From a virus (Duplodnaviria; Caudoviricetes): 24,739 nt of DNA. Shown piece by piece: positions 17,290 through 24,739 of this stretch. Made by a program: the position numbers and the translations under genes. The stretch lies in IMG/VR virus record IMGVR_UViG_3300027798_000212, positions 1 through 24,739 of that record; one strand, 5' to 3'. Under the pieces are notes generated by a model. The model did not search any database, was not told the DNA's origin, and saw only the letters and a program-made list of their open reading frames with translations. Within the stretch, counting starts at the first letter, position 1. The number at the start of each line of letters is the position of its first letter.

Positions 17290-17745
17290 ATGGCGCACTT
17301 TGCAAAGCTTGATGACAACAACGTGGTGCTAGAAGTCAACGCACTTAATAACCATGAGCTAGTCACCAGCAAAGATACGGTAGACGAGAACGGCAACGTA
17401 GTCGTGTCTCTGGTTGAGTCTGAAGACAAGGGTATTGCGTTTCTAACCTCATGGTCAGGCGGTCATACTAATTGGAAGCAGACAAGCTACAACGCTACAT
17501 TCCGAGGCAAGCTGGCAGGTATTGGCGACACGTATGACCCAGTAACTAATTTGTTTGTGGCTCCTGTAGTGGTGCAGCAAGAGGTTCCTGCTGATTTGCC
17601 TACGATGGATTTGAACGTGTTAGAGACTCAGCCAGAAGCCGCTATTACGTCACAAGCGGTGGTTGATTTATCCTCAACTGACTTACCTGCATTGAACAGC
17701 AGCGATGTGGCTGCATTGACTTCAGAACAAATAACGGGGCTATAA
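17290..17745 (+). CDS. Protein commonly paired with Gly-rich fibre tips (putative assembly factor), with acidic C-terminal repeat extension
   Basis: Start re-called to ATG 17290 after GAGGT; MAHFAKLDDNNVV...WKQTSYN..FRGK.AGIGDTYDP...FVAP. Confidence 0.7.
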   Translation: MAHFAKLDDNNVVLEVNALNNHELVTSKDTVDENGNVVVSLVESEDKGIAFLTSWSGGHTNWKQTSYNATFRGKLAGIGDTYDPVTNLFVAPVVVQQEVPADLPTMDLNVLETQPEAAITSQAVVDLSSTDLPALNSSDVAALTSEQITGL

Positions 17746-17746
17746 A

Positions 17747-19810
17747 ATGCCACAATACAATGGTGTATGGACGCTAGAGGCGCAAGCTCAAGCTCAGTCT
17801 AATCAGCAATGGGTAACTGACCCTAATTTCAAGAACACGACGCTGCTGTTACAAGCAGACGGTACAGGCAGCGGCTCACAAAATCAGACTTTCTTAGACG
17901 GTAGCACCAACAACTTTTTCATCACAAGAAACGGTAATACTACCCAAGGTTCGTTCTCGCCGTTTAGTCAGGCTCCGGGGTACTGGAGTAATTTTTTTAA
18001 TAGCACTGCTAATTACTTGACGGTTCCGTACAATTCAAATTTTTTATGGTCTACAGGAGCCAGAACGTATGAGGCTTTTGTTTATGTTACTTCAGTAGCA
18101 GCAAACAATGCAATTTTTGGACTCACGAATTTAAGTTCTTCAAATACTTGGGAACTTTACATAAACACTTCAAGCCAAGTGGTGTTTAGATACTTTGCTG
18201 GCGGCGTACAAACAGTAACAACAACCACAACCGTCCCATTAAATACATGGGCGCACGTAGCTTTTGTTTATGATGGAACAAGCGCCATTACTATTTATAT
18301 CAATGGTGTAAGCGCAGGGACAGGAACAATAACAGGAACGCCTGTAACGGACAATAATCAACTATGTATTGGTAGAACTGATGTTGGTAGTGCTGGAAAT
18401 GTTACATTAAGTGGATATATTAGTAATGCTAGGTTCACTTCTGCTGTTGTTTATACAGGCGCGTTTACGCCACAAACCACACCACTAACAGCCATAACAA
18501 ACACATCACTGCTTACTTGTCAGTCAAACCGTTTTGTTGATAATAGTGCTAGTCCTGCAACGATAACTGCTAACGGCACTGTATCCGTCCAAGCCTTCGG
18601 CCCTTTCGCTCCTGCGCTGCAATGGACACCAGACGTAGTAGGCGGGTCTGGGTATTTTGATGGTAGTGATTATTTGTCGTTAGCTCCGGGCGCTGCGTTT
18701 GCGTTTGGTACTAGTGACTTTACTGTTGAAACTTGGTATTACCCAACATCTACTCCAACAGATGACTACATAATTGAGGCACGTAATTCAAGTCAGACAA
18801 ATACTTGGACGCTTAATTTTGCGTATAGCGGCACTAATGGGCAATTGAATTGGGGTTACAACGGCACAACTTTGATTGCAGCAACTACAAACGATACAGT
18901 TAAGCCATATATTTGGAGCCATATTGCATACACTAGAACAGGCACTACAGGAAGTTTGTATGTAAATGGTGTGAGGGTTGGAACAGGAACTGATAATACA
19001 AACTATACGGTATCGCCAACAACGTCCTATATTGGGTGCAGGTTCAGCCAACAAAATTTTGCTGATGGTTATTTCTCTGGTATGCGCGTTGTAAATGGGA
19101 CTGCTCTATACACAGGGGCATCTTATACAGTCCCTACTACGCCGCCAACCGCTGTAGCAAACACATCACTACTCCTCAACTACACCAACGCCGGTATATA
19201 CGACGGCAAGATGGGTAACGTATTAGAGACAGTAGGCACAGCACAGGTAGCGACAAGCCCTGTGAAGTTTGGTAGCGGGAGTATGTACTTTGGTGGAACG
19301 GGAACGTACCCGTCATACGCTACTAGTAATCTTGTTGGCCCAGCAAATGCAGGTTTTTATAACTTCGGTACTAGTAACTTTACTATTGAGGCATGGATTA
19401 ACCTTAGCGTAACTACGACGGGTAGAGTTATTGTGTCTAGTGGGTACAACGCTGATACAGGTGCTGGCGGGTGGACATTTACTTATCGAGGAGACATAAG
19501 CTCTCTTTCTTTAAGTGTAAACGCTAACGTCGTGTATTCAAAATCATGGTCGCCATCTGCAAATATTTGGTATCACGTTGCAGTTACTAGGGCTGAAAAC
19601 ATTCTTAGATTTTTTGTTGATGGTGTGCAGATTGGAACAACTAGTACAAGTACAGATAATATTACTGGGTCATCAACTATTGTGGTAGGGGGTAATAGTG
19701 GTGGCACTAATTTGAATTTCTTTGGTTACATCGACGACCTACGCATTACTAGAGTAGCCCGTTACATAGCAAACTTCACGCCTCCACAACAGGCCTTACC
19801 GAGACAATAA
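17747..19810 (+). CDS. LamG/concanavalin-A-like repeat protein (3 domains), putative receptor-binding protein
   Basis: Three copies of [DN]FT.E.W...W.H[VI]A..R.G....[YF][VI][ND]G...IG...GY[IF].[ND].R. Confidence 0.85.
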   Translation: MPQYNGVWTLEAQAQAQSNQQWVTDPNFKNTTLLLQADGTGSGSQNQTFLDGSTNNFFITRNGNTTQGSFSPFSQAPGYWSNFFNSTANYLTVPYNSNFLWSTGARTYEAFVYVTSVAANNAIFGLTNLSSSNTWELYINTSSQVVFRYFAGGVQTVTTTTTVPLNTWAHVAFVYDGTSAITIYINGVSAGTGTITGTPVTDNNQLCIGRTDVGSAGNVTLSGYISNARFTSAVVYTGAFTPQTTPLTAITNTSLLTCQSNRFVDNSASPATITANGTVSVQAFGPFAPALQWTPDVVGGSGYFDGSDYLSLAPGAAFAFGTSDFTVETWYYPTSTPTDDYIIEARNSSQTNTWTLNFAYSGTNGQLNWGYNGTTLIAATTNDTVKPYIWSHIAYTRTGTTGSLYVNGVRVGTGTDNTNYTVSPTTSYIGCRFSQQNFADGYFSGMRVVNGTALYTGASYTVPTTPPTAVANTSLLLNYTNAGIYDGKMGNVLETVGTAQVATSPVKFGSGSMYFGGTGTYPSYATSNLVGPANAGFYNFGTSNFTIEAWINLSVTTTGRVIVSSGYNADTGAGGWTFTYRGDISSLSLSVNANVVYSKSWSPSANIWYHVAVTRAENILRFFVDGVQIGTTSTSTDNITGSSTIVVGGNSGGTNLNFFGYIDDLRITRVARYIANFTPPQQALPRQ

Positions 19811-19820
19811 GGAATAGAAG

Positions 19821-22800
19821 ATGAGTGACAAATATCCCGGTGGGTTCGTAACGGCTGGTGCGCCAGCAGGGTTCTCTGTTGCGTTTAACGGAAGCAGTGA
19901 TTACTTAACTACAGCAAATAGCCTTGGCATTAATAACTTTGGTACAGGCGACTTTACTATTGAGTGTTGGGTTAATTTTAGTGTAGTGGGTAATGGGCAA
20001 TTTATTTCTGCTGGTTCTGGCGGTCAAGCAAATGCGTATTATTGGCAGTATTATAGTTCTCAGCTTCAATTAGGCGTGCAAGGAGGGTCAAGCATAACAG
20101 TAGCTAGTTGGACCCCTGTTGCTAACACTTGGTATCACGTTGCAGTTACAAGAAGCGGGACAAACGTCTATCAGTTTGTTAATGGCGTACAACTAGGAAC
20201 TACAGCAACGTCATCTCAAAGTTTTGCAGATGGGCCTACCTATATTGCTTATGGTGGCGCAGGGTATTTCAATGGGTATATATCTAATGCAAGAATTATT
20301 AAAGGCACGGCGCTATACACAACTACGTTTACACCGCCAACCCAGCTATTTCCAATAACTAACACTACGCTATTGACTTGCCAAAGTCCGACGTTCATAG
20401 ATAACAGCACTACCGCAGCAACAATTACACAAAACGGCTCACCAAAGGTCAGCAACTTCACACCGTTTGCTGGATACCAAGGATTCAACCCTGCGCTTGG
20501 TGCTGCGGCTGGTGGTGTATGGACAATAGACGAATCTGCGTATTACCAACAGAACCGCCTGTGGCCCATCTACGACCCGTACTTTAATCAGACCACGCTG
20601 ATGCTGCATGGTAACGGTACTAACGGCGCACAGAACAATACGTTCTTAGATAGCTCGGTTAACAACTTCACGATTACTAGGAATGGCAACACGACCCAAG
20701 GTACGTTCACGCCTTTCTCACAGACGGGGTGGAGTAATTTTTTTAATGGTACAACTGATTACTTATCTAATACATCGTTAACTAATTTCTTGTTTACTAG
20801 TAACTTATCTACAATGTTTGCCACTTTTGAAGCATGGGTTTACCCAACTTCATGGAATAACATTAGTGGTTATGGGCATAATCCACTGTGGGGAAATAAC
20901 GGAACCTATGCAACTTTTGGTTTTTACAATGGCGCGTTGCAATTTACAAGAGGCTCCGCGCAAACAATTACTTCTACTAGCTCTATTTCTTTAAATACTT
21001 GGTCGCATGTAGCGGTAACAATTAATCAGAGTACAGTTACGTTTTATATTAACGGCGTTAGTGCTGGAACTGGAACTTTAACAGCGGCATTAGGAACTAG
21101 AGGAACAGATTTTATTGGTCACCAAAATGGAACTGGCAGTTATTTTGCTGGATATATTTCAAACTTTAGGATTTCAACTAACGTAGCGTATACAACTAAT
21201 TTTACGCCAAGCACTGTGCCGTTAATTGCAACTACTGGAACCCAAACACTAACTTGCCAAGACAATCGTTTTGTGGACGATAGTGCTAATAACTTTGCTC
21301 TTACAGTAAGCGGCACGCCATCCGTCCAAGCCTTCTCCCCGTTCGTCCCTGCATACATCACACCTACGACGTTTAGCAACTATTTTGATGGTAATGGGGA
21401 TTATTTAACCGCTAGTGGAGCTAACTTAGCATTAGGCGCTGGAAACTTTACGGTTGAAGGTTGGGTTTATTTAACTGGCTATAACGGTGGCGCAGCAGCT
21501 TATACAGGCATTGGTAGTTACCCAGACAGTACGGCATTGATGTTTTATATAAATGCTTCAGGCGGTTACGCTGTAAATGTGGGTTCGTCAGACATCATAA
21601 CTACTGGTACAGCGCCTCTTAACACATGGATACATTTTGCTATTGTTAGGTCAAGCACTGGGTCAAATGGTCTAACGCTATATATCAACGGTATATCCGT
21701 TGCAACCGCAACTTCTGCCACAAACTTTACAAGCACAAATGCTGTTATCGGCAGAACAGGCGTTAGTACAAGTAGTAACCTTATGCTTGGTTGCCTATCT
21801 AATATTAGGGTTCTTGTTGGAACTGCGCTTTACACAGCAGCCTTTACGCCGCCTACAGCACCATTGACTGCAGTATCCGGCACTCAATTATTAACCTGCC
21901 AGAGCAGCACGTTCATCGACAACAGCACTAACAACTTCACCATCACGGCTAACGGCAACGTCCAGCCAGTAACATCCCCTACGCCATTCCCAGCGAAGGT
22001 AGATACAACCACATTGAACTCTGCCTACAGCACATCACTGATAGGTGGTAGTGGCTACTTTGATGGTACGGGGGATTATTTAAACACTCCTACTGCTAAC
22101 ACAAGTTTACAGTTTGGCACGGGGGATTTTACTGTTGAGTTTTGGGCGTACCCAACAAATTTAACTGGCTCTACTGGTATTGGTTCATCACAAATTATTT
22201 TTGCGTCGGCTGGCGCTTCTTCTTTTATGTGCAGTATATGGACAGGCAATGTTCATACCGTAAAAGCGGACGTTGCCGACCTTTATGATTTTGCTTCAAC
22301 CGCAGTTCGGCAAGGCAATTGGTTCCACGTAGCAATATGCCGAGCAAGTGGGTCAATGAAATGTTTTGTAAACGGCGCTCAAGCTGGATCGACAACCGCA
22401 GATACTACTGATTATAGCGGTACGGGAGTGGGAGCTATTGGCGCTAACTACAGCGGTGGTTATAACTTTACTGGGTATATTTCTGGGCTACGGGTACTTA
22501 AAGGTACTGCTTTATACAACGCAAACTTTGCACCAGCGGTAGTGCCACCTACGCCTTCTAATCTAACCAATAACGGTACGCAGTCAGGAACGCTTACGTT
22601 TGTAGTAGGTAGTGATGCGCCAAATACGTTGTACTACGTTTGCCAAAACCATTCAGCAATGGCAGGAGTTATTAATATAGTTAACTCAGGAACGTATGAA
22701 AAAGTTTATGCAGTATCTGCCAATGGCTCGAGCAACTATGTAATAAATGGTTCGTCTAATCCTACCCTGACATTGGTAAGAGGCGAGACGTACACGTTCA

Positions 22801-23474
22801 ATGTTAACGCTACTGGTCATCCTTTTTGGATTACAAAGGCTTCTGGTGCGTACAGCGCAGGAAATGTATATCTAGGAACCACGCTTCTTACCAACTTCAC
22901 CAACGGCGCTATCTTTGATAACACGGCTAAGAACGTATTGGAGACTGCTGGCGGCGCTGCGCTTAGTTCTACACAAGCGAAGTACGGTACGACGAGTATG
23001 TATTTTGATGGCGTAGGAGATTGTTTAATATCCCCAGCTACGCCTAATTTTTTGTTTGGCGGTGACTTTACTGTAGAGGCTTGGTTTAACCGAGACAATG
23101 GAGCTGATGGTTCTATTTTTGTAATGAATACAAGCGGCGTAAGTTATTTTGCTTTAAATGTGGCTTCTACTGGATACAGTGTTTATTTAAATGCCACAGG
23201 GCCAAATTTTAGCCCAGCAGTAACCTTGTCAAACAACACTTGGTATCATGTTGCTGTAGTAAGAAGTGGTTCAACTGTAACGCTTTATCATGATGGTACA
23301 AACATTGGTACTGCATCTAATTCTTCGTCGCTTGGTTCAGCATCCGTTGTGGGTTATGTTGGTGGAATTAATGGCGGTTTAAAGGCGTACATTGACGACC
23401 TACGCATCACCAAAGGCGTAGCGCGTTACACCACAAACTTCACTCCACCAACGTCACAGTTGCAAGACCAATAG
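19821..23474 (+). CDS. LamG/concanavalin-A-like repeat protein (5 domains) with inserted cupredoxin-like domain
   Basis: Five LamG motif sets; paralogous to 17747..19810; 103-aa insertion between domains 4 and 5. Confidence 0.85.
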   Translation: MSDKYPGGFVTAGAPAGFSVAFNGSSDYLTTANSLGINNFGTGDFTIECWVNFSVVGNGQFISAGSGGQANAYYWQYYSSQLQLGVQGGSSITVASWTPVANTWYHVAVTRSGTNVYQFVNGVQLGTTATSSQSFADGPTYIAYGGAGYFNGYISNARIIKGTALYTTTFTPPTQLFPITNTTLLTCQSPTFIDNSTTAATITQNGSPKVSNFTPFAGYQGFNPALGAAAGGVWTIDESAYYQQNRLWPIYDPYFNQTTLMLHGNGTNGAQNNTFLDSSVNNFTITRNGNTTQGTFTPFSQTGWSNFFNGTTDYLSNTSLTNFLFTSNLSTMFATFEAWVYPTSWNNISGYGHNPLWGNNGTYATFGFYNGALQFTRGSAQTITSTSSISLNTWSHVAVTINQSTVTFYINGVSAGTGTLTAALGTRGTDFIGHQNGTGSYFAGYISNFRISTNVAYTTNFTPSTVPLIATTGTQTLTCQDNRFVDDSANNFALTVSGTPSVQAFSPFVPAYITPTTFSNYFDGNGDYLTASGANLALGAGNFTVEGWVYLTGYNGGAAAYTGIGSYPDSTALMFYINASGGYAVNVGSSDIITTGTAPLNTWIHFAIVRSSTGSNGLTLYINGISVATATSATNFTSTNAVIGRTGVSTSSNLMLGCLSNIRVLVGTALYTAAFTPPTAPLTAVSGTQLLTCQSSTFIDNSTNNFTITANGNVQPVTSPTPFPAKVDTTTLNSAYSTSLIGGSGYFDGTGDYLNTPTANTSLQFGTGDFTVEFWAYPTNLTGSTGIGSSQIIFASAGASSFMCSIWTGNVHTVKADVADLYDFASTAVRQGNWFHVAICRASGSMKCFVNGAQAGSTTADTTDYSGTGVGAIGANYSGGYNFTGYISGLRVLKGTALYNANFAPAVVPPTPSNLTNNGTQSGTLTFVVGSDAPNTLYYVCQNHSAMAGVINIVNSGTYEKVYAVSANGSSNYVINGSSNPTLTLVRGETYTFNVNATGHPFWITKASGAYSAGNVYLGTTLLTNFTNGAIFDNTAKNVLETAGGAALSSTQAKYGTTSMYFDGVGDCLISPATPNFLFGGDFTVEAWFNRDNGADGSIFVMNTSGVSYFALNVASTGYSVYLNATGPNFSPAVTLSNNTWYHVAVVRSGSTVTLYHDGTNIGTASNSSSLGSASVVGYVGGINGGLKAYIDDLRITKGVARYTTNFTPPTSQLQDQ

Positions 23475-23483
23475 GGGGATGAA

Positions 23484-24095
23484 ATTGATCCACTAACCAT
23501 CCTAGCTGTAGCAAAAACCGCAGCCGCTGCAATACGTAAAGGCTGTGAGATGTACCAAGAGTACAAAGCGCAGGGGATGGAGCTAGTAGATGCGTATGGA
23601 CAGGCCAAGGATGTCGTTGCAGATTTAAGCGGACACCTTGGCAATTTCTTTAAAGCGCATGAGCAGTTAGAGAAGCACGTACACGAAGAAGAGCTAAAGG
23701 TAAAGAAGGCGCGTGACCCTGAGTTGTCCGTGAACCAAGAAGCCTTTAATAGAATCATGGCTCAAAAGGAAATGCAACGGCTAGAAACAGAGCTGCGCGA
23801 GACATTAGTCTACCAAGCACCTAAAGAATTGGGGGCTATTTGGACAGAATTTGAAGCAATGCGTGATAGGGTAAAAGCGGAAAGAGCAGAGATACAACGT
23901 CAGGAAGTAATAAAGCAACAGGCGGCTCAATGGCGACGGGACTATATAAAAAGAAAAATCGCGGAGCAAATGACGCTGGTAATCGCGGTAGTGTTCATAA
24001 CGTGTTGGTTCCTATGGCTAATGATCCTAATCAGAATGAGCCACACGTACCGTGGAGCTTACTCATCACCGTCCTTGTTCTGTGTATTGTGCTAG
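23484..24095 (+). CDS. Coiled-coil protein with C-terminal TM helix; start uncertain (ATT 23484 vs ATG 23550)
   Basis: Frame open from 23475; IDPLTILAVAKTAAAAIRKG precedes the first ATG; TM segment MTLVIAVVFITCWFLWLMILI. Confidence 0.7.
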   Translation: MDPLTILAVAKTAAAAIRKGCEMYQEYKAQGMELVDAYGQAKDVVADLSGHLGNFFKAHEQLEKHVHEEELKVKKARDPELSVNQEAFNRIMAQKEMQRLETELRETLVYQAPKELGAIWTEFEAMRDRVKAERAEIQRQEVIKQQAAQWRRDYIKRKIAEQMTLVIAVVFITCWFLWLMILIRMSHTYRGAYSSPSLFCVLC

Positions 24096-24226
24096 TCCTA
24101 GTGTTGCCGGTGATGGGTATTGCTTACATGGACATGAATAACGCTACGATTGCAGCGATGGAAGAAATACGAAAAATGCGTGAGTTACGCGCCAAGATAT
24201 TAATGGAAATGAAGGGGGAACAGTAA
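23930..24226 (+). CDS. Overlapping single-TM membrane protein
   Basis: Strong TM segment LLITVLVLCIVLVLVLPVMGIAY; stop coupled to the next ATG (TAATG). Start could be 23930 or a later ATG. Confidence 0.65.
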   Translation: MATGLYKKKNRGANDAGNRGSVHNVLVPMANDPNQNEPHVPWSLLITVLVLCIVLVLVLPVMGIAYMDMNNATIAAMEEIRKMRELRAKILMEMKGEQ

Positions 24227-24534
24227 TGGCGGATAACGAGCAAAAAAAACCGGATACATCAGCAGAAAATATATTTCGCGTTGAAGGTGGTAAATACATC
24301 CACAACAACGTAGAAATTAATAAAGACGAATTTGATAAACGAAAAGCTGAAGCCGATGCTGCTATTCGTTCTGCACGCCCGGCTCCAAAAGAAAAACCGC
24401 GTTCAACCGCAGACCGTAAAGCAGCTGCGTTTTCTGAGTTAAAAAAAGGCGGCGAAGTTAAGTTTGCTTCAGACCGTGTAAAACGTATAGATGGTATTGC
24501 ACAGCGAGGTAAAACGAGAGGACGGGTTGGATAA
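24226..24534 (+). CDS. Small charged protein with LKKGGEV and DGIAQRGKTRG motifs
   Basis: 102 aa, TAATG-coupled at both ends. Confidence 0.75.
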   Translation: MADNEQKKPDTSAENIFRVEGGKYIHNNVEINKDEFDKRKAEADAAIRSARPAPKEKPRSTADRKAAAFSELKKGGEVKFASDRVKRIDGIAQRGKTRGRVG

Positions 24535-24739
24535 TGCTGACACTACTTTCAACGCTTGTTAGTTTTTTGATGGGCGGCTTGCCCAAGATACTAGACGTTT
24601 TCCAAGACAGACAAGACAAGTCCCATGAGCTAAAGCTTGCCCAGATGCAAATCGAACGTGAGCTACAACTAGCCGCCGCAGGGTACGTAGCCCAACAACA
24701 GATAGAAGCCATTAAGCTAGATGAGATAAAAACCCAAAC
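24534..24739 (+). CDS. 3'-truncated putative holin-like membrane protein (not in ORF track)
   Basis: TAATG overlap; MLTLLSTLVSFLMGGLPKILDVFQDRQDKSHELKLAQMQIERELQLAAAG..., open to the window end. The holin call is inference from the hydrophobic N-terminus and context. Confidence 0.6.
   Translation, partial: MLTLLSTLVSFLMGGLPKILDVFQDRQDKSHELKLAQMQIERELQLAAAGYVAQQQIEAIKLDEIKTQ

Noticed and set aside
19700-23474. Diversity-generating retroelement TR/VR pair in the similar 3' ends of the two LamG genes
   Set aside because: Differences are mostly at wobble positions and not adenine-specific, both copies are coding, and no reverse transcriptase is in the window.
560-24712. Minus-strand ORFs in the track (e.g. 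14396..15025, 15362..15820, 8995..9435)
   Set aside because: All are antisense shadows of well-supported + strand genes, mirror their codon patterns and have no recognisable motifs.
1-24739. Genome-wide stop-codon reassignment
   Set aside because: Standard code gives dense full-length genes; TAA, TGA and TAG all end genes followed by proper RBS/starts (e.g. TAG at 6946 and 8354).

Overview
This window is a co-directional (+ strand) virion morphogenesis module of a tailed dsDNA phage, about 30 tightly packed genes. It opens with a 5'-truncated large repeat protein with a C-terminal PcfJ-like domain. Next come a P22-type portal, a GroES-like co-chaperonin, scaffold, putative decoration protein and a Mu-gpT-like (HK97-fold) major capsid protein with a strong terminator. 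These are followed by head-completion/adaptor genes, fibre and connector genes, a Gly-rich adhesin-like protein, two paralogous LamG-repeat receptor-binding proteins (3 and 5 domains) and membrane/lysis-type genes. No terminase, prohead protease, tail tube, tape measure, integrase or reverse transcriptase was recognised, which fits a podovirus-like, scaffold-assembled particle (inference). The main points of interest are: (1) a circularly permuted cupredoxin-like domain inserted in frame into a LamG fibre and bounded by a 5-bp direct repeat; (2) a shared [FMYL]-x-x-G-G-[EAV]-[VAM] peptide tag in five otherwise unrelated proteins; (3) a compact double-pseudoknot RNA between the capsid terminator and the next RBS, plus a second small structured leader; (4) split and shared docking motifs and codon mosaicism in the fibre genes; (5) a probable non-canonical ATT start. 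All family assignments come from motif recognition by eye, not from database searches.
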